Below, in pieces: positions 1-10,306 of a stretch of DNA of 64,000 bases (position 1 is its first letter; each line of letters begins with the position of its first letter). The notes under the pieces were generated by a model. That model searched no databases. It was not told the DNA's origin and was given only the letters and a program-made list of their open reading frames with translations. A program made the translations under genes and the position numbers. The DNA comes from an uncultured cyanobacterium (GTDB lineage Bacteria; Cyanobacteriota; Cyanobacteriia; Cyanobacteriales; Nostocaceae): the NCBI GenBank assembly GCA_963740315.1, contig CAVUDP010000002.1, forward strand, positions 3,104,001 to 3,168,000. The letters run 5' to 3'.

Positions 1-1329
1 GGAAGCGCCTTTAATAATGACCCAGGTGCGGCAGAATTGGCAATTTTGGGAACTTGCCGCGATACAACTGAGGATTATTTACCTTCAGAACTACAGCCTC
101 CAGATTGGGTTTATAATGCTCCCGGACAGAGAATTAAGGAAAATTTAAGAGCTTGGTCGCGAGCAATCAATCGTCCGTTAGTGTTATTTATCGATGAAAT
201 AGATTCTTTACAAGATGAAACCTTAATTTCGGTGTTGCGACAATTACGAGATGGTTATCGCAGTCGTCCGAAAAACTTTCCTTCATCTGTGGGTTTAATT
301 GGTTTACGAGATGTGCGGGATTATAAGGTTGCATCCGGTGGAAGCGAGAGATTAAACACAGCAAGTCCTTTTAATATTAAAGTCAGTTCTATTACTTTAA
401 GAAATTTTAATGCTGAGGAAGTAGCAGAATTATACCAACAACATACTGAAGATACAGGACAACTTTTTACACCCGAAGCAGCCGCAATAGCATTTGATTT
501 AACGATCGGACAACCTTGGTTAGTAAATGCATTAGCCAAAGAAGTTGTAGAAAAAATGGTTAAGAATAGAAGTGTTGCTATTACCAAAGAGCATATTTTA
601 CAAGCCAAGGAAATACTAATTTCTCGCCGAGATACCCATCTTGATAGTTTAGCCGAACGCTTACGGGAACCAAGAATAAAAGCGATTATCCAACCAATGT
701 TGGCAGGTTTGGAATTAGGGGATATACCAAACGACGATATTCAATTCGTGATTGATTTGGGTTTGTGTAAAATGCATCCCCAAGGTGGACTAACTATTGC
801 CAATCCAATTTATCGTGAGGTTTTGCCCAGAGTCTTAACGGTGACACCAATGGCTTCACTACCAATGATTGCACCAACTTGGTTAACTCAGTCAGGGGAA
901 TTAAATAAAGACGCTTTGCTCGAAGCTTTTATCAGGTTTTGGCGACAGCACGGAGAACCATTGTTAGGTAGCACTGGATACCATGAAATCGCACCCCATT
1001 TAGTATTAATGGCTTTCTTGCATCGCGTTGTTAATGGTGGCGGAACTTTAGAACGCGAATATGCAATCGGTAGTGACAGAATGGATTTATGTTTGAGATA
1101 TGGAAGCGTTACGTTAGGAATAGAATTAAAAGTATGGCGTGAAAAAAAACGCGACCCCCAAACTGAAGGGATTGAGCAATTAGAATCATATTTAGCACGC
1201 TTGGGATTATTGAGCGGTTGGTTACTTGTGTTCGATCGGCGTAAAAATGCATTACTAATTGAAGAACGTTTATCAACGCAGGTTGTTGTGACCCAAAATC
1301 AACGTTCTATTACCGTTATCCGTGCGTAG
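1..1329 (+). CDS. AAA-like ATPase with C-terminal PD-(D/E)XK-like domain (5'-truncated by window edge)
   Basis: Frame open from base 1; Walker B LVLFIDEID; C-terminal EREY..GSDRMDLCL...GIELK nuclease-like motif. Confidence 0.8.
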   Translation, partial: GSAFNNDPGAAELAILGTCRDTTEDYLPSELQPPDWVYNAPGQRIKENLRAWSRAINRPLVLFIDEIDSLQDETLISVLRQLRDGYRSRPKNFPSSVGLIGLRDVRDYKVASGGSERLNTASPFNIKVSSITLRNFNAEEVAELYQQHTEDTGQLFTPEAAAIAFDLTIGQPWLVNALAKEVVEKMVKNRSVAITKEHILQAKEILISRRDTHLDSLAERLREPRIKAIIQPMLAGLELGDIPNDDIQFVIDLGLCKMHPQGGLTIANPIYREVLPRVLTVTPMASLPMIAPTWLTQSGELNKDALLEAFIRFWRQHGEPLLGSTGYHEIAPHLVLMAFLHRVVNGGGTLEREYAIGSDRMDLCLRYGSVTLGIELKVWREKKRDPQTEGIEQLESYLARLGLLSGWLLVFDRRKNALLIEERLSTQVVVTQNQRSITVIRA

Positions 1330-1403
1330 ATCAAACGGATACACTTATCGCAGATAGTTTAAAATTTGTAAGAAAAGTTTAAAGAAATGGTAATGGAGGA
1401 TTT

Positions 1404-1790
1404 ATGGGATTGGCGCTAGAAATTCTGCAAAAATGGTTCAGCACAGCAGATGCAAATTTATTGGCTGAAGATATTCACTGGAGCGTTTCACCAGGGTATC
1501 CGGTTTCTCAACAAACCTATTCTTCTCGACAAGCCGTATTTGAAAACTTCTTCCCTGAGCTAACTGCACATTTTTCCACTTGGTTAGCCAAGCCAGAACA
1601 ATTTATCGAGGCGGGCGATCGGGTGATCGTCAAAGGTCGCTACGTTGGACAAGTCAAACACTCTAATACCCCTATTGAAGTTGAGTTTATCCACATCTGG
1701 ACAGTCCACGGTGGAGTCATTACGGCAGTCACTTCTGTTGCTGATACCGCTCAGTTTACGCATCATCTCAACCGAGAAAAAATTATCTGA
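1404..1790 (+). CDS. SnoaL-like / NTF2-family protein
   Basis: 128 aa; LLAEDIHW, EAGDRVIVKGRY, FIHIWTV pattern; GGAGG RBS upstream. Confidence 0.8.
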   Translation: MGLALEILQKWFSTADANLLAEDIHWSVSPGYPVSQQTYSSRQAVFENFFPELTAHFSTWLAKPEQFIEAGDRVIVKGRYVGQVKHSNTPIEVEFIHIWTVHGGVITAVTSVADTAQFTHHLNREKII

Positions 1791-1826
1791 GATTGCCAAT
1801 ACCACAACGGTTAGATTATCCCCTTC

Positions 1827-1893
1827 AGAACGTTTGTCAACGCAAATTGTCACTACTAATAATAAACGTTCTATTACCGTTATCCGTGCGTAA
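1827..1893 (+). pseudogene. Diverged duplicate of the last ~67 bp of the upstream AAA gene
   Basis: Encodes ERLSTQIVTTNNKRSITVIRA* versus ERLSTQVVVTQNQRSITVIRA* at 1263-1329. Confidence 0.85.
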
Positions 1894-2134
1894 ATAAAGT
1901 TAAAAGATCGATCGATTAAGCTAAGATTAAAAGCAGGATGATTAATTATTGAAACTACTGCGAAGAAGTTTACAACCAATTAATTCTCCTTCTATTACCT
2001 ACTGAGCGACCGCAATTAGCAACATTTATACTTAATAATCTTGCCAAATAGAACTTATTTTCTATTCTCGGTAAATGCAAACTAAAAAATCAAATATTTG
2101 ATAATAGTTCATTGATAATTGATAATTTTTTAAA

Positions 2135-3091
2135 GTGAATAGTACTCAAAATAACAACTTATCTATTCCTGGAGAAGCATTAATTCCCCAGGCTCCTCCC
2201 GGTTTTAAATCGGGTTTTATCGGTATTATCGGTCGTCCGAATGTCGGTAAATCTACTTTGATGAATCAATTGGTTGGTCAAAAAATAGCGATTACCTCAC
2301 CAGTAGCTCAAACTACGCGGAATCGATTGCGCGGTATTTTAACTACACCAGAAGCACAGTTGATTTTTGTTGATACGCCCGGAATTCACAAACCCCACCA
2401 TCAATTGGGGGAAGTTTTGGTGAGGAATGCTAAAATCGCGATCGAATCTGTGGACGTGCTGCTATTTGTAGTTGACGGCAGTACGGATTGCGGTGGTGGA
2501 GATAAATATATTGCTTCATTACTCGAACGCACCACTACGCCGATAATTTTAGGTATCAACAAAATTGATAATCAGCCAGAAGATTCTCAGTTGATAGACG
2601 AGAGTTACCTTCAGATGGCGCAGCCTGGGGAATGGCAAACGGTAAAATTTTCTGCTAAAACCAGCGATGGGCTGCCCGAAGTACAAAAATTATTAATAGA
2701 ACATTTAGAATCTGGTCCTTATTATTATCCACCCGACTTAGTTACCGATCAACCGGAACGCTTTATTATGGGTGAACTAATTCGAGAACAGATTTTACTA
2801 CTAACTCGCGAAGAAGTTCCCCATTCAGTAGCCATCAGCATCGATTTAGTAGAAGAAACACCGAAACTTACCCGCGTACTTGCCACAATCAACGTCGAAC
2901 GCGATTCCCAAAAAGGTATCCTAATTGGGAAAGGTGGAGCAATGCTCAAATCTATTGGCAGCGCCGCCAGAGAACAAATTCAAAAATTAATTGCAGGTAA
3001 AGTTTACTTAGAATTATTTGTCAAAGTACAAGCAAAATGGCGACATTCCCGCATCCGGTTAGCGGAATTGGGATACAGGGTAGAAGAGTGA
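2135..3091 (+). CDS. era: GTPase Era
   Basis: GRPNVGKST, DTPG, NKID and KH-domain GKGG motifs. Confidence 0.97.
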   Translation: MNSTQNNNLSIPGEALIPQAPPGFKSGFIGIIGRPNVGKSTLMNQLVGQKIAITSPVAQTTRNRLRGILTTPEAQLIFVDTPGIHKPHHQLGEVLVRNAKIAIESVDVLLFVVDGSTDCGGGDKYIASLLERTTTPIILGINKIDNQPEDSQLIDESYLQMAQPGEWQTVKFSAKTSDGLPEVQKLLIEHLESGPYYYPPDLVTDQPERFIMGELIREQILLLTREEVPHSVAISIDLVEETPKLTRVLATINVERDSQKGILIGKGGAMLKSIGSAAREQIQKLIAGKVYLELFVKVQAKWRHSRIRLAELGYRVEE

Positions 3092-3195
3092 TGGGGATGG
3101 GGCATGGTAAAAAGGTTAAAGGTCAAAGGTCAAAGGTTAAAGGTTAAAATTACCCTTGTCCCCCCATCTCCCCATCTCCCCATCTCCCCATCTCC
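3092..3195. repeat. STRR heptamer arrays (AAAGGTY, CCCCATCT-type)
   Basis: Tandem 7-mers between convergent era and symporter genes. Confidence 0.85.
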
Positions 3196-4869
3196 TTAAT
3201 GCACCACAGTGGGTGTTTCTTCCACCACGGGGCTGCGTAAGTCTTCTACTAAGGCTTGAATTTCTGGTGGTGGTGGTGGTGTTAAACGGGAAACTATTAA
3301 GGTAACTACTAAGTTAATAACCATACCTAATGTTCCGATACCTTCAGCGGAAACACCGAAGAACCATGTCGGCATTCCGGCAAATTTTACGCCGATTATA
3401 TAAGCGGTGGTGAAGATTAAACCAGTTAACATTCCGGCGATCGCACCTTCTCTATTAGTGCGTTTGTCGAATATTCCCAAGAATATCGCGGGGAAGAAGC
3501 TGGCTGCTGCTAATCCAAAGGCGAATGCTACTACTTGCGCTACAAATCCGGGTGGGTTTACGCCAAAGTATCCGGCGACTACTACCGCAAAACCTACCAT
3601 GATTCTACCGACGAATACCCGCCTACTTTCCGATGCGTGGGGGTTGATCATTCGGTAGTAAACGTCGTGGGCGATGGAGCTTGAAATTACCAGCAGTAAT
3701 CCCGATGCTGTAGATAAAGCTGCTGCTAATCCTCCTGCTGCCACTAAAGCGATTACCCAAGGTGCAAGTTTGGCGACTTCTGGGGTGGAAAGTACGATAA
3801 TATCTCGATCGATTACGATTTCGTTGGTTGCTTCATCTGGAGTTAACTGCAACTTTCCATCGCCGTTTTTATCATCAAAAATCAATAATTTGGTGCTTTC
3901 CCATTTGTTTACCCAATCTAGCTGCTCTACTTGGGCAATGGTTTTACCCTGCAATGAATCAATTAAGTTGTAGCGAGCAAACATCGAAAGAGCGGGGGCG
4001 GTGGTATAAAGTATGGCAATTAGCAACAATGCCCAACCCGCAGAATAACGGGCGGCGCGGACGTTAGGAACCGTGTAAAATCTCACGATTACATGAGGTA
4101 AACCAGCGGTACCGACCATCAAGGCGATGGTGATAAATAGCACGTCCAACATTGATTTGTTGACGAATGGCTTGGTATATTCCTCAAAACCCAAATCAAC
4201 CTGAACTGCATTCAACTTATCGGCAATATCGCTGAAGGTGAATGCAAATTGCGGAATCGGATTTCCTGTCAGATAATATGCGATCGCGATCGCAGGGATG
4301 AGATAGGCAACGATCAACACGCAATACTGGGCTACTTGCGTCCAGGTAATGCCTTTCATACCTCCCAACACCGCGAAAAAGCCGACAATTACCATACCGA
4401 TAATTACACCAGTATTGACATCGACTTGTAAAAAGCGGCTGAAAACGATACCCACACCGCGCATTTGTCCGGCGACGTAAGTTAGCGAAATAAAGATAGC
4501 GGCGACTACAGCAACCAATCGAGCGAATTGGGAATAATAGCGATCGCCAACAAAGTCAGGTACGGTATACTTCCCAAATTTTCTTAAGTAGGGGGCTAGA
4601 AGTAACGCCAGCAGTACGTAACCGCCAGTCCACCCGATCAAGTAAATTGAACCGTCGTAACCCAAAAAAGAAATTAACCCCGCCATCGAAATAAACGAAG
4701 CTGCCGACATCCAGTCAGCGGCAGTAGCAGCACCGTTAGCGAGTGCGGGTACACCTTGTCCGGCGACGAAAAAGCCTTTACTATCTTTAACGCGAGACTG
4801 CCAACCGATATAAATGTAAATTAAAAACGAAGCGCCAACAAATAAAATTGTCCAAATTTCTACCGACAT
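3196..4869 (-). CDS. Sodium:solute symporter, ActP-like (cation/acetate)
   Basis: 557 aa polytopic membrane protein; ADWMSAASF and GTAGLPHV motifs. Confidence 0.9.
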   Translation of the reverse strand: MSVEIWTILFVGASFLIYIYIGWQSRVKDSKGFFVAGQGVPALANGAATAADWMSAASFISMAGLISFLGYDGSIYLIGWTGGYVLLALLLAPYLRKFGKYTVPDFVGDRYYSQFARLVAVVAAIFISLTYVAGQMRGVGIVFSRFLQVDVNTGVIIGMVIVGFFAVLGGMKGITWTQVAQYCVLIVAYLIPAIAIAYYLTGNPIPQFAFTFSDIADKLNAVQVDLGFEEYTKPFVNKSMLDVLFITIALMVGTAGLPHVIVRFYTVPNVRAARYSAGWALLLIAILYTTAPALSMFARYNLIDSLQGKTIAQVEQLDWVNKWESTKLLIFDDKNGDGKLQLTPDEATNEIVIDRDIIVLSTPEVAKLAPWVIALVAAGGLAAALSTASGLLLVISSSIAHDVYYRMINPHASESRRVFVGRIMVGFAVVVAGYFGVNPPGFVAQVVAFAFGLAAASFFPAIFLGIFDKRTNREGAIAGMLTGLIFTTAYIIGVKFAGMPTWFFGVSAEGIGTLGMVINLVVTLIVSRLTPPPPPEIQALVEDLRSPVVEETPTVVH

Positions 4870-4875
4870 TTTTCC

Positions 4876-5130
4876 CTACCTCTTAATATTATGTTTGCGG
4901 TCTAATTTATCCATCTGCACCGCGTAAATAAAAATCAACGCTACAAATATCAGGATTGAACCCTGCTGCGCCATCCAAAAGCCGAAGGGTACGCCGAAAA
5001 AACGGATTGTATTTAGAGGTTCAACCAGCAGAATACTAAATACTAGGGAGACTATTGCCCAAACTATTAAAAGGTTGCGAATTAAAGCTACATTTTTCCG
5101 CCAGTAAGCGCGTTGGTTTTCGTTATTCAT
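4876..5130 (-). CDS. DUF4212-type small membrane partner of the symporter
   Basis: AYWRKN...GFWMAQQGSI motif; 6 bp upstream of the symporter. Confidence 0.88.
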   Translation of the reverse strand: MNNENQRAYWRKNVALIRNLLIVWAIVSLVFSILLVEPLNTIRFFGVPFGFWMAQQGSILIFVALIFIYAVQMDKLDRKHNIKR

Positions 5131-6041
5131 TATTTTTCATCATTAAGGCATGAGAAATAATAACAGCAAAGTGGGTTTATATAAAAAGTGCGTGACGATA
5201 CCAACAGTATTTTTAACTATTGTTAAAGGTTTCGCAAAGCTTTCTACTATTCTCTTAATGGTTCCAATTACAGAGAACTTATGCACCTGCATCGCAGAAA
5301 TCAGTAAAGTATAAAGCGGAAAACCTCACCGTTCCGCCTCTTTTTGCTTTTACTAAGGAGAGGGGTGCTTTTATGCAAGGTGAGGTTTATTTATATTTAT
5401 TACCAAGTAATAACTCAAAATTAACGGCAATAAGCTTTATTCGCGATCGCTTAAAACCAAACATCCAGACGAACAAAAAATTATGGATAACCGATAACTG
5501 TAAAAAATCAACTATCTATTACCCATTACCTACCATTAGATTAACAAATAGAATAAATTAATTTAATGAGATAATTTAGAAGATATCCGCAAATTTCACG
5601 TGATTTTCATCTATACATCCATATTTCTCCATAATCTATCGTAACTTCATCTTCATGGTTTGTTATTTTAACCATTAAACTGTAGCTAATATAACTTGCT
5701 TAAAAAATAATAATGTTTTTACCCATTATTAATTTAATTAGGTTATTCTGGAATGACCTTAAATCAAGCAGTCTCAAAGAATGCATAAGGAGGATCGTAC
5801 TATCGAAAGATGTAAGTCACGTTGATTCGATGGTTTTTATATCTAAAGCCAGATGAAAACTTGCTCCCAAACGAAAGATAATCACAAAACAGATAAACAA
5901 GTTTGTCTTGCAAAAAAGAGGCAAAAAATATATATGACTCTATTTCTATAAGCTTTTATTAGTTAAATAGGTGAATCTTAGTGACGATTAGATAGCACCA
6001 TCTCAACAAAAATATTAAAAACAAGAGGTTTAAGAATCAAA

Positions 6042-6227
6042 ATGCTAACAATACAAAAAGTTTGTTGTCCCAACTGCGGTACTAAATGTGAAAGACATCA
6101 TATTTGTGAAAGCCAAATATGTCGCACTAGCTGTGCAAGTTGCGATTATTTAATGATTAACTGTACCCGCACCGGGAAAGTGATTGAAGCTTATGCTCCC
6201 GGAATTTACGCCACCGCACGTAAATAG
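6042..6227 (+). CDS. Small cyanobacterial Zn-ribbon protein
   Basis: CPNCG...CASCDYLM...GKVIEAYAPG; GAGG RBS upstream. Confidence 0.75.
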   Translation: MLTIQKVCCPNCGTKCERHHICESQICRTSCASCDYLMINCTRTGKVIEAYAPGIYATARK

Positions 6228-6229
6228 AA

Positions 6230-6412
6230 AAAGGGCATGGGGAATTGGGCATGGTAAAAAGGTCAAAGGTCTGCATGTTAAAGGTGTAATAACTCCTTCC
6301 CCCTCTCTCCCCATCTCCCCATCTCCCCATCCCCCCATCTCCCCCGAACCCCCTCTCTCCCCATCTCCCCATCTCCCCATCCCCCCATCTCCCCCGAACC
6401 CCCGAACCCCAT
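6230..6412. repeat. STRR arrays (CCCCATC/CTCCCC-type)
   Basis: Tandem 7-8-mers that generate spurious PPSP/GRWG ORFs. Confidence 0.85.
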
Positions 6413-6413
6413 C

Positions 6414-7535
6414 TTAATTCTTACTCGCTCGCAACTGTCCGCAGGCTGCGTCTGCTTCTAAACCACGGGAGTAGCGGACGCTGTGAGCGATATGGTGTTT
6501 TTCTAAAGCCTGTACGAAAGCTTGAATGCGATCGTAAGTTGGACGTTGGTAATCTACTTCTGCGATCGGATTGTAGGGTATTAAATTTACATGACTTTGA
6601 AATCCGCGTAGTTGCCTTGATAGTTGATGTGCGTGTTCTGGAAGATCGTTTACACCAGCAAGAAGTACATATTCAAAAGATACACGCCGTCCGGTCATTT
6701 CTACATAGTCGCGACATTCAGCAAGTAACTCATCAATCTGGTATTTATGAGCGCTGGGAATAAGTTGTTCTCGCAACTGTTGATTTGGTGCGTGAAGACT
6801 AACTGCAAGTGTTATTTGTAAGCGATGTTTTGCCAGGTGACGAATGCGTCCGGGAATACCTACGGTAGATAAAGTTAAGTTACGCTGTCCGATTCCCACA
6901 TCTTTATTAAGGCATTGAATAGCGCTCAAAGTATTATCTACATTTAATAACGGTTCGCCCATACCCATCAATACGATATGACTAACTCGTTGTCCAAATT
7001 CTTCTTGAACGGTTAAAACTTGGTCAACAATTTCGCTACGAGTCAGATTTCGCTTGAAACCACCTTTACCAGTAGCGCAGAAATCGCAAGCCATCGGACA
7101 ACCAACTTGAGTAGAAACGCAAACCGTCAAACGTTCTAAATCTTCGGAATTATCTGCTTGCCTATTCTTTTTTCCCCATTTTTTAAAAGTTGGCATCCCA
7201 ACGGTTTCTATAATTTCTCCATCTGCCAATTCCAAAAGATATTTTACCGTACCGTCAGGAGCAGTAGAGCGATCGCGTAAAGTAGAACGTCCTACAGGAA
7301 TTTCTGCAACAGATTCACGCCATTGTTTGGAAAACACAGTAATATCAGTCAAAGAACGAACGCCCTTTTGATATATCCACTGATGCAGTTGTTTTCCTCT
7401 ATAAGCTGGCTGTTCTTGCTGCTGTACCCAATCAGTTAATTCTTCCAAAGATGCTCCTAATAAAGGAGGAATAGAGATTTTTGCGTACTGAGGAACGGGA
7501 GGTTTAGCAGAAGAAACTACAGATTTAACAGACAT
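6414..7535 (-). CDS. rlmN: 23S rRNA/tRNA m2A methyltransferase RlmN
   Basis: [15 protein letters not shown] radical-SAM motif, MGMGEP, AACGQL. Confidence 0.96.
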   Translation of the reverse strand: MSVKSVVSSAKPPVPQYAKISIPPLLGASLEELTDWVQQQEQPAYRGKQLHQWIYQKGVRSLTDITVFSKQWRESVAEIPVGRSTLRDRSTAPDGTVKYLLELADGEIIETVGMPTFKKWGKKNRQADNSEDLERLTVCVSTQVGCPMACDFCATGKGGFKRNLTRSEIVDQVLTVQEEFGQRVSHIVLMGMGEPLLNVDNTLSAIQCLNKDVGIGQRNLTLSTVGIPGRIRHLAKHRLQITLAVSLHAPNQQLREQLIPSAHKYQIDELLAECRDYVEMTGRRVSFEYVLLAGVNDLPEHAHQLSRQLRGFQSHVNLIPYNPIAEVDYQRPTYDRIQAFVQALEKHHIAHSVRYSRGLEADAACGQLRASKN

Positions 7536-7539
7536 GGTG

Positions 7540-7821
7540 GAACCGCGATTATTAAGAAGGCATGAATCTTTATGGTAGATTATAGTTCGTTTTTATTGCC
7601 GGGGAAATATAGATACTGGTTCGTAGTAAGAACTTTACTTCAATCTTTAAGCGATAAATCACTTACTACAAACTAGATATAGTGAAACTGCGATTATTAA
7701 GAAGACAGTGAATCTTTATCGTAGATTACTTAACGTTTTTATTGCCGGGAAAGTATAGATAATAGTTCGTAGTCAGAACAATAGTTCTTTGTTAAGCGAT
7801 AAATCGCTTACTACAAACTAG
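7540..7821. repeat. Diverged ~140-bp tandem duplication upstream of rlmN
   Basis: GCGATTATTAAGAAG...TTTTTATTGCCGGG...CTTACTACAAACTAG occurs twice (about 7540-7676 and 7684-7821). Confidence 0.85.
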
Positions 7822-7863
7822 GAAGAGACGTAGCACTGCTACGTCTCTACATTAGGATGTGAA

Positions 7864-8217
7864 TTAACCAAATGTACTGCCGTTCCAACCCCACATTGCA
7901 CCTTTCGCATCCGCAAATTCGATATAAATGCGGTTTGTGGGAATACCAAGGGCTTGATTAATTTCTTGGCAAAAGTCCTGACTCATGGATTTTGTTTGTT
8001 CGGGTTTCATAGTACCAACGCTTTTGATTTCTATGTAACAAACCGGGTCAGTACTACCACCAAAAGTCATGGGAACTTCTGCCTCAAAAGCCGTCATCAC
8101 GTAGGATTCGGGTTTCCCGGTATGCTTCGCTAACTTAGACGACAACGTTTTCAGCATTCCCTCAACTTCAGCTTTTTCAGGAGTAGATATAGAACTTTGG
8201 ACTTTGATTAAAGGCAT
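7864..8217 (-). CDS. MIF / phenylpyruvate tautomerase family protein
   Basis: Start re-called at M-P-LIK, giving the N-terminal catalytic Pro; GKPESYV and WGWNGSTF motifs. Confidence 0.9.
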   Translation of the reverse strand: MPLIKVQSSISTPEKAEVEGMLKTLSSKLAKHTGKPESYVMTAFEAEVPMTFGGSTDPVCYIEIKSVGTMKPEQTKSMSQDFCQEINQALGIPTNRIYIEFADAKGAMWGWNGSTFG

Positions 8218-8359
8218 GATTATCAATGAACAGTGAACAGTGAACAGTGAACAGTTACCAGTTATCAATAACTTCCTAACTCATAACTCATCACTCCTAA
8301 CTCAATACTCCTAATTCAATACTCCTAACAGACTATTCTGTGCTACGTCTTTACAACAT

Positions 8360-8842
8360 TTACCCGCCGTAATTCCAGCTTGTTGTTTCGAGTAGTAGTT
8401 GTTTGCCTTCGCGGTGAATTCCAGCAGCGATGACTTCGCCGACGTAAACGGTATGATCGCCTTTATCTACATTACCGACAACTTTACATTCGATATATCC
8501 CAAGGAATCAGTGATAATTGGACATCCGGTTTCTTTGCCAAGCTGAAATTCGACATCTTCAAATTTATTCCCAACGCGGCGCATGGGTTTAAAGAATTTT
8601 TCTGCTAAATCTTTTTGTCCATCTTCCAAGAAACTGATCGCGAATACCCCACTTTTTTCAATCATCTGATGGGATATAGAATCACCTTTGACGCAATTCA
8701 CAACCAAAGGCGGCTTAAACGAAGCCTGCATCAACCAGCTAGCAGTAAAACCGTTAACTTCTTCGCCATCCTTAACCCCACAGATATATAAACCGTGAGG
8801 AATCTTCCGCAACATCGTTTTTTTAGCTTGTTCGTCTAACAT
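8360..8842 (-). CDS. Flavin reductase family protein
   Basis: NGFTASW, SFKPPLV, GDHTVYVGEV motifs. Confidence 0.92.
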   Translation of the reverse strand: MLDEQAKKTMLRKIPHGLYICGVKDGEEVNGFTASWLMQASFKPPLVVNCVKGDSISHQMIEKSGVFAISFLEDGQKDLAEKFFKPMRRVGNKFEDVEFQLGKETGCPIITDSLGYIECKVVGNVDKGDHTVYVGEVIAAGIHREGKQLLLETTSWNYGG

Positions 8843-8884
8843 GAGTTTATTTACTTATTATTTCTCTATTCAGTTTATCGAAGA

Positions 8885-9175
8885 GTGGGCAGTAGGGAGT
8901 AGGGAGTAGGGAGTAGGAAGTAGAGAGTAGGAAGTTAGGAGTATTGAGTTAGGAGTATTGAGTTAAAAGTTATTTCTAAATTGTCTCCCCATCTCCCCAT
9001 CTCCCCAAAGGTTACTGAGCAGTTCGACGTAGCTCACTGTAAGACTTGTCGAAGTACTCCCCATCTCCCCATCTCCCCATCTCCCCATCTCCCCAAAGGT
9101 TACTGAGCAGTTCGACGTAGCTCACTGTAAGACTTGTCGAAGTACTCCCCATCTCCCCATCTCCCCATCTCCCCC
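8885..9175. repeat. STRR arrays containing two copies of a ~55-bp small dispersed repeat
   Basis: AAAGGTTACTGAGCAGTTCGACGTAGCTCACTGTAAGACTTGTCGAAGTA near 9007 and 9095; inverse copy near 35270-35325. Confidence 0.9.
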
Positions 9176-9979
9176 TTACTTCGGACGGAACAAGTGCGAA
9201 TGCTCTGGGTGATACAATCGCGATCGCGCTGAAGATCCACCAAGGGCGGGGCTGATTATATAAAGTGTGGTGCGAATTAGTTTTTCTTTGTGGGTATGTT
9301 CTGCTATTTCGCTCAGAGGAACTACGAAAATTTTTTCATCGTGCCAGCCGACGCGAAAGCAGATTGCGACAGGGGTTTCGGGGGGATAATGTTCTAATAG
9401 TTTTGCTTGGGAATCTTCAACGTGACGGGCGCTCAAATACAGGCAAAGACTGGCTTGATGTGCTGCTAATGATGCTAATTCTTCTGTGGGGGGTACTTGC
9501 GTGCGTCCGCTGATACGGGTAAGTATAATAGTTTGCACTAAACCCGGTACCGTAAGTTCTACATTTAATTTAGCGGCGGCGGCTTGAAAAGCGCTGATAC
9601 CGGGAATTACTTCAAATGGAACCTCGGCTCTTTCAAGTAGCTGTATTTGTTCGTGGATGGCGCTGTAAAGACTTGGATCTCCCGAATGCAAACGCACAAC
9701 TGATTTGCGATCGCGCACGATATCCACCATCATTGGCACAATTTCTTCCAGCGTTTTAGAAGCCGTGCGAATGATTTGGGCATCTTCCCGACAAAATTCT
9801 AATATTTCTGGGGGGACTAAAGAGTCGGCAAATAAAATTACATCGGCTCTTTCAAGTAGCTTTTGCGCTCTAATCGTTAATAGATCGGGATCGCCCGGAC
9901 CTGCACCCACAATATAAACTGCCGGTTTTAACTTAAGAACAGAATTTTCTTCACACAAAGTATTAGTATTTTCACGCAT
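9176..9979 (-). CDS. cobM: Precorrin-4 C11-methyltransferase
   Basis: VGAGPGDPDLLT, RLHSGDPSLY, SRLYHPEHSHLFR; start could alternatively be 9994. Confidence 0.95.
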   Translation of the reverse strand: MRENTNTLCEENSVLKLKPAVYIVGAGPGDPDLLTIRAQKLLERADVILFADSLVPPEILEFCREDAQIIRTASKTLEEIVPMMVDIVRDRKSVVRLHSGDPSLYSAIHEQIQLLERAEVPFEVIPGISAFQAAAAKLNVELTVPGLVQTIILTRISGRTQVPPTEELASLAAHQASLCLYLSARHVEDSQAKLLEHYPPETPVAICFRVGWHDEKIFVVPLSEIAEHTHKEKLIRTTLYIISPALGGSSARSRLYHPEHSHLFRPK

Positions 9980-10092
9980 AAAAACAACAGTCAACGCTTC
10001 CTCTTGAAAAACTTTTTAGGAAATATCACGGTATCTTTCCGGATTCAACCCCTATATATAGAAATATTGATTGGTAGATGCACCCTGGTTAA

Positions 10093-10128
10093 GCCCTAGA
10101 GAAAACTCTGGGGCATTTTTTATTTTTG
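10093..10128 (+). terminator. Hairpin plus T-tract, intrinsic-terminator-like
   Basis: GCCCTAGAG-AAAA-CTCTGGGGC followed by ATTTTTT. Confidence 0.55.
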
Positions 10129-10306
10129 GTAATTGGGCATTGGGCATAGTTGAGAGTTAGGAGTATTGAGTTAGGAGTATTGAGTTAGGAGTATTGAGTG
10201 AGTAGCAAGTAGCAAGTAGCGAGTTAAGAACTAATTTCTCCTTGTCTCCCCCGAACCCCATCTCCCCCGAACCCCATCACCCCATCACCCCATCCCCCCA
10301 TCACCC

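Noticed and set aside
5131..6041. Long intergenic region; searched for riboswitch, tRNA or NtcA box
   Set aside because: No convincing GTA-N8-TAC site or known RNA motif found by eye; only a degenerate AACCTCACC...GGTGAGGTT repeat.
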